Assembly: GCA_964248365.1 (NCBI GenBank)
Contig: CAXTYC010000051.1
Coordinates: 1-30,188, forward strand
Length of the DNA stretch: 30,188 bases
DNA from: an uncultured Chroococcidiopsis sp.
GTDB lineage: Bacteria > Cyanobacteriota > Cyanobacteriia > Cyanobacteriales > Chroococcidiopsidaceae
Direction: 5' to 3'
Shown here: one piece after another, positions 10,796 to 20,689 of the stretch
How the letters are laid out: every line of letters starts with the position of its first letter
How positions within the stretch are numbered: position 1 is the stretch's first letter
Notes under the pieces: model-generated
The model's database searches: none
Seen by the model: only the letters and a program-made list of their open reading frames with translations
What the model was told of the DNA's origin: nothing
Made by a program: the position numbers and the translations under genes

Positions 10796-11395
10796 TCATC
10801 TTTTTTTACGAAAGCGCCCTAGATATTCTTCGCCTTGACGTTGTGGTACTGAATTGGTAACTTGCGTTAGAGAGTTAATTTCAAAATCTGCTGCAAATAA
10901 CTGCCCGAAGGAGTCGAGTGTAGTACCAAAAGGAGGTCCACTTGGTCTACTGTGCGCCCAAAATAGACCAATCAGTTCCCCTTGTGGCTGCAAGATGTCG
11001 CGTACTAATTTGACGTAAGCTGGACGTTGACTAGGGTCGATCGCACAAAAGCAGGTATGCTCTAGCACGTAGTCAAAATAATTAGGAAACTCGGCTGGTA
11101 AGTCAAAGATATCTCGCTGTAGGAATTTGGCTGTTTCGCCAGCTTGAGATAAAGTAGTTGCCTGGGCGATCGCGCTGGTGGCAAAATCAAACCCAATCAC
11201 TTCAAATCCATGCTGGGCAAATAGTAAAGCATCATAACCGCGACCACACCCTAAAACAGCTACTTTACCAGCAGGTGGCGCTTGGGGTGAGTTCAACAAA
11301 CTCACCAAAGGCGGTGCCGCTTGACCTAAATCCCAGCGCGTCGTTCCTTCATTGTAATGTTTTTCCCAAAATTCTGAATTGCCTACCGATACCAT
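10796..11395 (-). CDS. Thiopurine S-methyltransferase-like class I SAM methyltransferase
   Basis: FW..HY...T.WDLG, LGCGRGYD, EHTCFCAI and GPPFG motifs. Confidence 0.9.
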   Translation of the reverse strand: MVSVGNSEFWEKHYNEGTTRWDLGQAAPPLVSLLNSPQAPPAGKVAVLGCGRGYDALLFAQHGFEVIGFDFATSAIAQATTLSQAGETAKFLQRDIFDLPAEFPNYFDYVLEHTCFCAIDPSQRPAYVKLVRDILQPQGELIGLFWAHSRPSGPPFGTTLDSFGQLFAADFEINSLTQVTNSVPQRQGEEYLGRFRKKR

Positions 11396-11658
11396 ATACT
11401 TAATACCTACTCTCTGACAAATTCAAATAGATTTTAATGCTTGGAATTGACAAGCGCGAGCGCGGATTATAAATAAGACTCGAATCGGAATTAATCCCCA
11501 TTCGGAAAGAAGAAACAACTAAAAAATTCAAAAGTTTTGTATCTAAATACTAAACATTCAGCCTCGCCTGTGCTGATGGAATGCAAGTGTAGTTTGACGC
11601 TTGCGTAATGTTTTCATCAAAAGCAGTGTCATTCAAACTGATGCAACGCCGCTCGAAT

Positions 11659-12027
11659 TTACCGTGATGTTAGATAGCGCAAAGCAACCACAATTAGAAA
11701 AACGCCAAAAGCTCGCTTCACTATTATATCTGGCAAACTCAGAGTCAGTTTCGCACCAAAGAAAGCACCGATAAATAGACCTACTACTAGCAGCAAAGCA
11801 GCGGTTATGTTAACTTGACCTTGGCGGTAGTACTCTAAAACCCCAAGTATACCGAAAGGCAAAAGTAAAGCTGCTAGAGATGTACCTGTTGCCATCTTCG
11901 TACTGAAGCCAACCAAGAACATCATAGCGGGAACCATGATTGCTCCGCCGCCAATTCCAAACATTCCCGCTAACACGCCAGCAACTAATCCAAGAACCAA
12001 CAGCGTAAAGATTTGAATAATACCCAT
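11659..12027 (-). CDS. TauE/SafE (TSUP) family permease, single-repeat form
   Basis: GLVAGVLAGMFGIGGGAIMVP and ATGTSLAA motifs; hydrophobic throughout. Confidence 0.9.
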   Translation of the reverse strand: MGIIQIFTLLVLGLVAGVLAGMFGIGGGAIMVPAMMFLVGFSTKMATGTSLAALLLPFGILGVLEYYRQGQVNITAALLLVVGLFIGAFFGAKLTLSLPDIIVKRAFGVFLIVVALRYLTSR

Positions 12028-12098
12028 TGCTTGTTACACTAAAATTTGGAGATTTAGCATATTTTAAGAAATATTTAGCTTCTAGATGAGTAGATATT

Positions 12099-12338
12099 TC
12101 AGCTTGACACGCGAAAAAGTCCTAAATATTCATCACCTTGACGCTCTGGGATTGAATTAGAAACTATCTCTAGAGAGAGGATGTTAAAATCTGTAGCAAA
12201 TAAGTGCTGGATTTGTGCGGTTGTTGTCCCAAAGAATGGACTACCAGGTTAGTTCCCCTTGCGATCGCAAGATGTCGCAAACTAATTTAACGTAAGCCGA
12301 TCGCCCATTGGGTTCAATGACACAAAAACAGGTATGTT
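12099..12338 (-). pseudogene. 3' remnant of a second TPMT-like methyltransferase
   Basis: Translates to HTCFCVIEPNGRSAYVKLVCDILRSQGEL / FGTTTAQIQHLFATDF...PERQGDEYLGLFR, colinear with the C-terminal half of 10796-11395. Confidence 0.8.
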
Positions 12339-12471
12339 TATTTTAGCGTTTAGCGTTTAGCGTTTAGCAGTTGATTGACTAATGAGTATTAAAGATCTGC
12401 AAAGCTAGAAATGCAGCTACTAACAGCTAACAGCGCGCCAGCTAACAGCGCGCCAGCTAACAGCTAATTGT

Positions 12472-13920
12472 TTATTTTTGTCGCTCTTTAAGCTTTAGTA
12501 AAATTTCAGCGTGTACCTCGCGGGTGATGGGGTAAAAATATGCCAAAAATAAGCTACAAATCAAAAAAAACGCAGGCAGAATGCTAGTGGTAAAGCGGAT
12601 AGCTAGTAGTGCTGAAATGGGTTGTGTAGGTAGGGTACTTTGTCCAGCAACAGCTTCTTTGAAACCGGATGCTTGCAAGGCATTTCCCACCAAAAACAGT
12701 CCGAATGCTAAACCGAATTTTTGCAGCAGTACCATGAACCCATAAAAGAGTCCTTCGCGGCGTTGTCCGGTATTGAGTTCATCGAGTTCAATCACATCGG
12801 GCATCATTGACCAGGGAACAAGATAAGCTGTAGAAATACCAAAACCTGCCATTACTGCCAAGGCATACAGTAAAAAGATTTGACCTGGCTGTAAAAAAAA
12901 TACTCCAATTAGTGCGATGATCCACAGGATAGTTCCCATAAAATAAACAGCTTTTTTGCCAACTCTCCGACTCAAAGCACTCCAGGCAAAAAGTACTAAA
13001 AGGGCGGTTCCTTGAAAGCCAATAATTACTATGGGTACATCTGATTCTTTGAGACGCATCCAGTTGACTATAAAGTAGGGAATAACGCTTGCTGTTACTT
13101 GAATAGCTAACCAAGAAAAAAGATATATACCAATAACGTATAGAAAAGGTTTATTACCCAAAATGATTTTTAGCTGTTCGCGGGGGGGAATAGATGGGGG
13201 TGATTGGGCGGTGTGACGTGTTGCTTCAAAAGCCATAATGCGATCGCGTGTTCCCCAAATACACCAAAATAATGCGAATACTGCAATTCCCCCACAAATT
13301 GCCGCAAGAACTATATACTGTTGTGGGCGATCGCTAATCTGGGAAAAAATAATTTGCGCCAAAATCAGTGCTAAAATGCTACCACCAATGGAAAAAGCAA
13401 AGCGAAAGCTGTTAAGCGTAGTGCGTTCGTCGTAATCCTGACTTAGTTCGGCAGTCATTGCTGTATAGGGCAAGTTGACAACAGTGTAAAATACCTGAGA
13501 TACCAAAGCGATCGCTACGTAATACCAAAACAATCTCCACATTTGGGCATTTGGATCGGCACTAAATCTGGGTACAATCCACTGTAAGAAGAAGAAAATC
13601 CCAAAGGGAACCGCCCCATACAATAACCAGGGTAGGCGACGACCCCAGCGACGAGATTTCGTTTTGTCAGTCAGTACCCCTACAATTGGATCGTTCACAG
13701 CATCCCAGATTTTGCCAATCATCAGAATGCTACCCGCCATCCCCGCTGGGATACCAGCAACATTGGTAAAGAAAACCAGTAGGAAAAATGCGCTAATACC
13801 TGAAGTAATCGCGGGTCCTAAATCCCCAGCACCATAAGCTAGTTTTGTTTTTAGATTCAGCTTCTGGCTTAAGACAGTTTCTTTGGGAACCGGATCTGGG
13901 GAAAAATTGTTCATACACAA
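12472..13920 (-). CDS. MFS transporter, glycoside-pentoside-hexuronide (MelB-like) family
   Basis: KLAYGAGDLG, WDAVNDPIVG..TD, GRRLPW and RREGLFYG motifs; about 12 transmembrane segments. Confidence 0.92.
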   Translation of the reverse strand: MCMNNFSPDPVPKETVLSQKLNLKTKLAYGAGDLGPAITSGISAFFLLVFFTNVAGIPAGMAGSILMIGKIWDAVNDPIVGVLTDKTKSRRWGRRLPWLLYGAVPFGIFFFLQWIVPRFSADPNAQMWRLFWYYVAIALVSQVFYTVVNLPYTAMTAELSQDYDERTTLNSFRFAFSIGGSILALILAQIIFSQISDRPQQYIVLAAICGGIAVFALFWCIWGTRDRIMAFEATRHTAQSPPSIPPREQLKIILGNKPFLYVIGIYLFSWLAIQVTASVIPYFIVNWMRLKESDVPIVIIGFQGTALLVLFAWSALSRRVGKKAVYFMGTILWIIALIGVFFLQPGQIFLLYALAVMAGFGISTAYLVPWSMMPDVIELDELNTGQRREGLFYGFMVLLQKFGLAFGLFLVGNALQASGFKEAVAGQSTLPTQPISALLAIRFTTSILPAFFLICSLFLAYFYPITREVHAEILLKLKERQK

Positions 13921-13981
13921 CTGCTAAACGATTAAAATAAATGGCTCTGCCATTTATTAATAGCTCGAAATTGTACCCCTT

Positions 13982-14500
13982 ATGTTAGACCTTTACGTTT
14001 CTTGGTCAGATTACCACGAAAAAATTGAGCAACTGGCAGTCAAAATTTATCAATCAAATTGGCACTTCAACCAGATTATCTGCCTTGCTAGAGGGGGACT
14101 GCGAGTGGGTGATATTCTCTCCCGAATTTACAAACAACCACTAGCAATTTTAGCTACCTCGTCTTATGTCGGTACTGGGAAGCAGGAAAGAGGAGATTTA
14201 GTGTTTTCCTGCCACATGACTATGACTGCATCGAGGCTAGGTTCACACATCCTCTTGGTTGACGATTTAGTAGACTCTGGTGTTACACTCCAGCAGACTA
14301 TTCCTTGGTTACAAGAGCGTTATTCTCAAATACAGGAAATTCGCACAGCTGTCCTCTGGTACAAAGCTTGCTCAACAGTTGCCCCAGACTATTATGTAGA
14401 CTATTTACCTGACAATCCCTGGATTCATCAACCGTTTGAACACTACGAGCAGATGAATGTAGCTGAACTTGCACATCGATGGCTAGTGGCTAGGGAATAG
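13982..14500 (+). CDS. Type I phosphoribosyltransferase (purine PRT-like)
   Basis: LARGG and PRPP-binding loop LLVDDLVDSGVT. Confidence 0.92.
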   Translation: MLDLYVSWSDYHEKIEQLAVKIYQSNWHFNQIICLARGGLRVGDILSRIYKQPLAILATSSYVGTGKQERGDLVFSCHMTMTASRLGSHILLVDDLVDSGVTLQQTIPWLQERYSQIQEIRTAVLWYKACSTVAPDYYVDYLPDNPWIHQPFEHYEQMNVAELAHRWLVARE

Positions 14501-14576
14501 GGAATAGGTAATTGGTAATTGGTAATGGGTAATGGGAAGAGCGCCAAAACGCGCATCTGATGCTGAGTAAGACAAC

Positions 14577-14653
14577 TACCGTACGCGCGGGTTTATCAGA
14601 CATACTTGTGAACCTTCAGATAACTCGTTTAAAGTGCGCCCCTACCAACTACC
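14577..14653. repeat. 77-bp dispersed REPIN-like repeat, copy 2
   Basis: 76/77 identical to 10679-10755. Confidence 0.9.
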
Positions 14654-14669
14654 AATCTAAAATCTAAAA

Positions 14670-15731
14670 TTAGAACAGTGTTAACCAGATTGGTAGGGTG
14701 AGCAAAAGTCCTATCGAGCCTACTGCTATCGCTGTAACAGCTAAGTTGCGATCTAAATTATAAGCTTCGGCAATTACCAATGTGGCAAAAGCTGGAGGCA
14801 TTGCCATCTGTAGCACAATTACCAGTTGGGGTGCGCCAGTAATACCAAATATTGGTAAAATGCTGCCCAAAATTAAGGGAACAAGTAGCATTTTAATTCC
14901 TAGAGAAATTGAGGCTTTGGGTAAACTGTGCCAGGAATTTAGTTGTCGCAGACGCATTCCAATTAGCACCAAAGACAGAAACACGATAGTCCACCCTAAC
15001 TTTTGCAAACTTAATTCGAGTAGGTTAGGTAATGCCAGTTGACGAAATACTAAGCCTAAACTAAAGCTCCACAATGCCGGATTAATTAATATTGCCTGAG
15101 CTAATTGCCAGTTGCTCTTGACATCTTTGCTAAAACGTGCGCCTAGAACAACGCCTAATCCATAGGCTCCCAACGTAGTACCAAGTAAATCATAAAACAG
15201 CGCCCAACCAAAGTATTTTGTACCTAGAACGGCTAGAGTGACTGGATAGCCGATGTAGCCAGTGTTTCCCACCATCGCCGCTAGGAGAAAGCTACCTTGA
15301 GTTGGTTGACTCCAAGTGGAGGGACTAGGGGCTAGGGGCTGGGGGCTAGGGGAATTTTGGATTTTAGATTTTGGATTTTGGTCACGCAAAGACGCAAAGG
15401 CGCAAAGAGACGAATTTTCTTTTTGCTCCTCTGCCCCTCTGCCCCTCTGCCCCCCTGCTTCCCCTGCTTCCCCAGCTCCCCCTCCTAAATTAATCCAAGC
15501 CCATGCTAAACCTGCTCCTAGTAAAATAGCTAGCCAAGCGAATAGGGGTGCGATCCAAATTGCTCCTGATAATTCAGTCTGGCGCAGAAAAGCCATAATG
15601 CTTATAGGTACTCCGATCCAGAAGAGAAACTGTCCTAAGTAGATGGGAGTGCGTTTTGGTAGTTTGTCACCCAGGATGAATCCCAGCAAAACTAACCCAA
15701 CCAACTGCGTATATAGTGCTAAAAGCTTCAT
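14670..15731 (-). CDS. AEC (auxin efflux carrier) family transporter with repeat-derived loop
   Basis: GNTGYIGYPV and QMAMPPAFATLVIAEAY motifs; many transmembrane segments. Confidence 0.9.
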   Translation of the reverse strand: MKLLALYTQLVGLVLLGFILGDKLPKRTPIYLGQFLFWIGVPISIMAFLRQTELSGAIWIAPLFAWLAILLGAGLAWAWINLGGGAGEAGEAGGQRGRGAEEQKENSSLCAFASLRDQNPKSKIQNSPSPQPLAPSPSTWSQPTQGSFLLAAMVGNTGYIGYPVTLAVLGTKYFGWALFYDLLGTTLGAYGLGVVLGARFSKDVKSNWQLAQAILINPALWSFSLGLVFRQLALPNLLELSLQKLGWTIVFLSLVLIGMRLRQLNSWHSLPKASISLGIKMLLVPLILGSILPIFGITGAPQLVIVLQMAMPPAFATLVIAEAYNLDRNLAVTAIAVGSIGLLLTLPIWLTLF

Positions 15732-15776
15732 GAATCACATAATTAAAAGGGGTAGTGTGAAACCCACACAAGGCGC

Positions 15777-15968
15777 GAAGTGGGAAGTATGAAATGTGTA
15801 GAGACGCAATATATTGCGTCTGGATGCGAAGTGGGAAGTATGAAGTGGGAAGTATAAAGTGGAAAGTGGGAAGTGGGAAGTGTGAAATTTCATCTTCAAC
15901 CTTTATCCTTCATCCTTTTTGCCTTCAACCTTCAACCTTCATCCTTCATCCTTTATCATTCATCCTTT
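15777..15968. repeat. Intergenic heptamer tandem repeats (GAAGTGG/GAAGTAT, then CATCCTT)
   Basis: Direct reading. Similar 7-mer arrays occur at 9755-9810, 10654-10676, 12342-12468, 14500-14536, 25568-25590, 28345-28407 and 30071-30095. Confidence 0.85.
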
Positions 15969-16032
15969 GCCCTTAATCCTTCGAGCGTCTAGAATTGGCA
16001 AGTTGCAAGGCGAAAAGAGTGGGAGTTAAGTT

Positions 16033-16836
16033 GTGGATAACTCTGATTTGTCGGAACCACAAAAAAATTCAAGGCGATCGCCTGATGATATTCCAGAGGC
16101 TGTACGGGATCTTCCCGATCCCCAGTCTCGATCTCGAAGCAAGCTAGTGTATATATTACTTGGTGGATTGTTGGGTTTGGGCGCGATCGCAGGGGCGCTT
16201 TTTTGGTTTGTCACTTCTACCCCGCCCAAAAACACTGCCTCTGTACCAGCACCAGCACCAGTAATTTCCCCTTCTCCTGTTGATTTACATCTGCAAACAA
16301 AAGTCAACCCCCCAAATAAGGTTTCAGATACATTGCTGGGACATTTTGCCTATGCGGAAGCGCCTGGGCAAGAACTGCAACCAATTGTAGCGAATGGTAA
16401 CATTAGAATGCGTAAGCCTGCCGTGCAAGAATTTCAGGCAATGGTGCGAGCAGCAAGGGCGAGTGGTGTAATACTAGTACCAATATCCGGCTTTCGCTCG
16501 ATTCAAGAGCAACAGCACGTATATTTTGACATTCAAGCGCAGCGAGGGCAAACGGTGACAAAGCGAGCAGAAGTTAGCGCCCCTCCTGGGTATAGTGAAC
16601 ATCATACAGGTTATGCCGTCGATATTGGCGACGGTGCGACACCAGCAACTAACCTAAATCCAAATTTTGACAAGACTAGAGCATTTCAATGGCTGAGTGC
16701 TAATGCAGCGCGATTTCACTTTGAAATGTCGTTTCCCAAAGACAATCCCCAAGGCGTGAGTTATGAACCTTGGCATTGGAGATTTGTAGGCGATCGCAAG
16801 AGTCTAGAAACATTCTACAAGGCAAGAAATGGCTAG
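16033..16836 (+). CDS. D-Ala-D-Ala carboxypeptidase, M15B/VanY family, membrane-anchored
   Basis: SGFRS, APPGYSEHHTGYAVD and YEPWHWRF motifs; N-terminal transmembrane helix. Confidence 0.93.
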   Translation: MDNSDLSEPQKNSRRSPDDIPEAVRDLPDPQSRSRSKLVYILLGGLLGLGAIAGALFWFVTSTPPKNTASVPAPAPVISPSPVDLHLQTKVNPPNKVSDTLLGHFAYAEAPGQELQPIVANGNIRMRKPAVQEFQAMVRAARASGVILVPISGFRSIQEQQHVYFDIQAQRGQTVTKRAEVSAPPGYSEHHTGYAVDIGDGATPATNLNPNFDKTRAFQWLSANAARFHFEMSFPKDNPQGVSYEPWHWRFVGDRKSLETFYKARNG

Positions 16837-16869
16837 GATAGCAGCCAAGGAAAGCGCCCATACCAAATT

Positions 16870-16900
16870 TGTACAGACGTAGCACGGCTACGTCTGTACA
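16870..16900. repeat. REP-like palindrome (14-bp stem), possible terminator
   Basis: TGTACAGACGTAGC-ACG-GCTACGTCTGTACA. Related copies at 10756-10786 and 15798-15821. Confidence 0.7.
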
Positions 16901-17082
16901 CGTAGCCATGCAAATATCGCTACGATAAATCAAAATGGGATTAATCTTGCTATCTCACACTTCTTGATTTAAGCTAGGCAACACGAGAAATTGATTAAAC
17001 TTACCGTTCAACTTGACTTTCACAATCCAAAATCTAAAATCTAAAATCCTATCCCCAAAAGCAAGTTCTCAATCTAACCTGA

Positions 17083-17841
17083 ATGAACGAATCTAGTTTG
17101 TTTTTGACAGTTGATGATACGCCCCTAACTCTTGGGCAAGCATTAAAATACCTAGAATCATCTGGCAAACTTGAGTCTTTCCTCGGGGAAATTATACGTC
17201 AGCACGTCATAGAACAAGAACTAATTACGCAACAAGTGTCTATTAATCCCGATGTAATCGATCAGGTGGTAATGGATTTTCGCTTAGAAAATCAGCTAAC
17301 TGACTACGAAAGTTTCCAAGAATGGCTGGCAAGTGAAGGAATAGATTCGGCTAGTTTTCGTGGGCAAATTGCTTTTAACCTCAAACTACAAAGCCTCAAA
17401 TCTACGGTTAGTCAACCAAACATTCAGGAATATTTTATTGAACGTAAGCTATTTTTAGATCAGGTAGTACTATCGCGCTTAGTTGTAGAAGAGCGATCGC
17501 TTGCCCAAGAGTTGAAAAGTCAGATTGTAGAAAACGGCGCTAGATTTGAGCAACTGGCTCAGGAATATTCTGTAGCAGAGGATCGGATTTTTAATGGCAT
17601 GATGGGAGCAGTCAGTCGGGGTTCAATGCCAGATGCACTCAGAGCTGCTGTTGATTTAGCTAATCCAGGGGATTTGCTCGAACCATTAGAAATTGACTCG
17701 CTTTGGTATTTAGTTCGCGTGGAAAAGTTTCTAAACGCTTCGTTAGATGAAGTGAAGCAAGAACTAGAAATAGAGCTATTTGAACAATGGTTAGATGATA
17801 AAATCCAAGCGATGAATGTCAAGCTGGAAGTTAATTTTTAG
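17083..17841 (+). CDS. PpiC/parvulin-type peptidyl-prolyl isomerase associated with type I secretion
   Basis: FEQLAQEYS..DRIFNGMMG rotamase motif; lies 9 bp upstream of the ABC transporter. Confidence 0.88.
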   Translation: MNESSLFLTVDDTPLTLGQALKYLESSGKLESFLGEIIRQHVIEQELITQQVSINPDVIDQVVMDFRLENQLTDYESFQEWLASEGIDSASFRGQIAFNLKLQSLKSTVSQPNIQEYFIERKLFLDQVVLSRLVVEERSLAQELKSQIVENGARFEQLAQEYSVAEDRIFNGMMGAVSRGSMPDALRAAVDLANPGDLLEPLEIDSLWYLVRVEKFLNASLDEVKQELEIELFEQWLDDKIQAMNVKLEVNF

Positions 17842-17850
17842 CAGTTAAAT

Positions 17851-20421
17851 ATGAATTTGCCGTGGGAAAAATTACCTCTGTGCTTGCTAAATCCTGAGCA
17901 GCAAATCGAAGTTAAAAATCAGAAACAGATTCGTGAATACAGCGTTGGTAATGTAATTTGGAGTACAGATAGCCCTGGAAACCAATTCTTAATTATTTCA
18001 GGAAAGGTGCGTCTTAGAGAAGACGGAAAATCTAAAGCATTGGCAACTTTAACAGCAGGGGATTGGTTTGGGGATTTACTTGGGCTTTCTGGACAATTTC
18101 AAGCTGTAGCATCTTCTAATGATGTGGTGGTGGTGTGTTGGAATGCAGCACTTTGGACTAAAATTTCTTCTGATGAAATTAATCGATTTTGGTTTAAAGA
18201 GCGATCGCGCTATCAATCTCAAGATGCTAATTTCCCACAGCCAGTATTGGGATATCCATTTGTATTTAGTCTTAACACCGCTGCTGCCTGCTTAACAATG
18301 GCGGCTCAATATCTGCAAATTCCTGTTCCATTGGAGTCAGTACAGCGTAAAATGTGCGGGGAAAGCCCCAATGATGTCGAGGAAGCTGGCGAAAAAATCG
18401 GGTTGCAACTGCGACAGCTACCGATTAACTCTGGAAATGACTTGCGGCAGCTATCGTTTCCTGTTTTGCTGCAATGGAACGAGGGATATAAGAGAGCTGA
18501 GGGAGCTGAGGAAGCTGAGGGAGAAAAGCTACTCACCACTCATTACTGGATTATAGTGTATACACTTAAGGGAAATCGTGCGATTATCGCCAACCCTACC
18601 AACGCGAGTAAAACTTGCGAAAGCATTCCCCAATCGATGCTTGAGCAAAATTGGAATGGGCAACTTTGGCAAGTAGAACAAATCCAAAAGCAGGATAAGT
18701 TTAACTTGGGTTGGTTTGTGTCTGCCATTTTGCAGTATCGCAGGTTGTGGGGAGAAGTTTTTTTGCTGTCTTTTACGTTGCAACTATTGGGGTTAGCAAC
18801 ACCGATTCTTACTCAATTCATTATTGATAGAGCATTGGTATACGAAAACCACAATACTCTAAATGTGATGGCGATCGCTCTTTTTGGTGTTGCGATCCTC
18901 GAAGCAATTTTAGGCTTCTTACGCCTATTCATCTTTTCCCACACTGCCAACCGCATCGACTTAAGTTTATCAGCTAAATTGTTTGGTCGCCTGATGCGTC
19001 TACCCTTAAGTTATTTTGAGTCACGGCGGGTAGGAGATACTGTTGCTAGAGTGCAGGAATTAGAAAATATTCGGCAATTTCTCACAGGTACAGCCTTGAC
19101 TGTCATTCTAGATAGTATCTTTTCCATCGTGTATCTGGCGCTGATGTTTTCTTACAGTGTCAAACTCACCATAGTTGCTTTGGCTGTAATTCCTCTATTT
19201 GCTGCTCTGACTCTGATTGCAACGCCTATTCTACGCAATTACCTGAATGAAACTTTTAATCGCGGTGCTAATAGTCAATCTTTTTTAGTCGAGACAATAA
19301 CGGGAATTCATGCTGTTAAAGGTCATGCTGCTGAACGCAAAGCCCGCAAACGCTAGGAAGGTTTGTTTGCCCGTTATATCAGCACTAGTTTTCAAGCTTC
19401 TACTACTTCTAATATTGGCAACAATATCGGTGATTTTCTCACCAATTTTTCCTACCTAATTATTCTTTGGTTTGGAGCAGGGCTGGTGATGGATCGAAAG
19501 CTGACTATCGGTGGATTAGTTGCTTTTCAAATGCTTTCGTCTAGGGTAACAAGTCCACTGCTACGTTTGGTGCAACTCTGGCAAGAATTTCAGCAAGTTT
19601 TACTATCTGTAGATCGTTTGGGAGAGATTCTTAATGTTGCCCCAGAAGCTGAACCAGGAGCGGGTGATCTTTTACCGACATTACGAGGTGAAGTAAAATT
19701 TGATCAAGTGGTTTTCCGTTATCAACCTGAGCAAGAAAAACCTGTTTTGAAAGGCATTTCTTTCACTGTTCAACCAGGAATGTTTGTAGGAATTGTGGGG
19801 CGCAGTGGTTCGGGTAAAAGTACACTATCAAAGCTGATGCAGCGACTCTATCAACCAGAATCTGGCTCTATCTTTATTGATAAGTTTGATATTAAAAATG
19901 CTGAGCTTAACTCTTTACGCAAACAAATTAGTGTTGTCTTGCAAGAAGATTTCCTGTTCAATGGTTCAATCGAAGAAAATATCACTTTAGGCGATCGAGA
20001 TATCACAAGAAAGCAGGTGGAAAAAGCGGCAAGACTAGCTTCTGCTGATGATTTTATTAATCAACTGCCCGAAGGGTATGATACCAACATTGGAGAGCGG
20101 GGAGTTTCCCTTTCTGGAGGTCAGCGACAACGCATTGCATTAGCTCGTTTATTTCTTTCTCAAGCCCCGATTTTGATTTTGGACGAAGCAACGACAGGTT
20201 TAGATAGTGTGACAGAGAAAATAGTATTACAGAACTTGCGGCAAAAAATGGAAGGACGGACTGTATTTATGATCGCCCACAGATTTGCACCGTTAAAAGA
20301 AGCCGATTTGATTTTAGTATTAGAAAAAGGTGTGATTGTAGAACAAGGCAATCATGATAAGTTGTTGCAAAACAGGGGTATTTACTCGACTTTGTATCAA
20401 ATGCAGCTTGATAATGTGTAA
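17851..20421 (+). pseudogene. HlyB-like type I secretion ABC transporter (cNMP-like + C39-like + membrane + ATPase domains) with in-frame TAG at 19354-19356
   Basis: The two ORFs are in the same frame (ARKR*EGLFARY). GRSGSGKST, LSGGQRQR, ILDEAT and IAHR motifs are intact. Confidence 0.9.
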
Positions 20422-20689
20422 CCGGAGTAAGTTGGTATTTAGCCGTAACAAGTAATCATAATGTTAATATTTATGGCAAATGATTGACTTATTGGTTAAT
20501 ATTTGTATTTGATGAAAATTAAGTTATTCTAAATTCCACTGCTATACCTCAATCTCACGCCTGATTTAAGTCGGTTTTGCCTATTGTGCAAAGCGGGTAA
20601 ATTCAAGTAGACAAGCTTACTCAATTTTTAGACTTGGTAGTAAGTTAGAAGCCTGTATAAATAAATCTTAAGATAGGAGTCTGATAGCT

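Noticed and set aside
15794..15976. 60-aa ORF (similarly 9805-10080, 15316-15642, 28199-28438, 23727-23948)
   Set aside because: These are translations of tandem repeats, a MITE or the antisense strand of real genes.
16870..16900. TGTACA-bounded sequence as another Tn7-like end
   Set aside because: It is a 31-bp hairpin of the REP-like family with no TnsB-site array.
20422..20689. Small double-glycine bacteriocin precursor after the ABC transporter
   Set aside because: The spacer is AT-rich with no convincing ORF or leader motif, and the C39 domain seems inactive.
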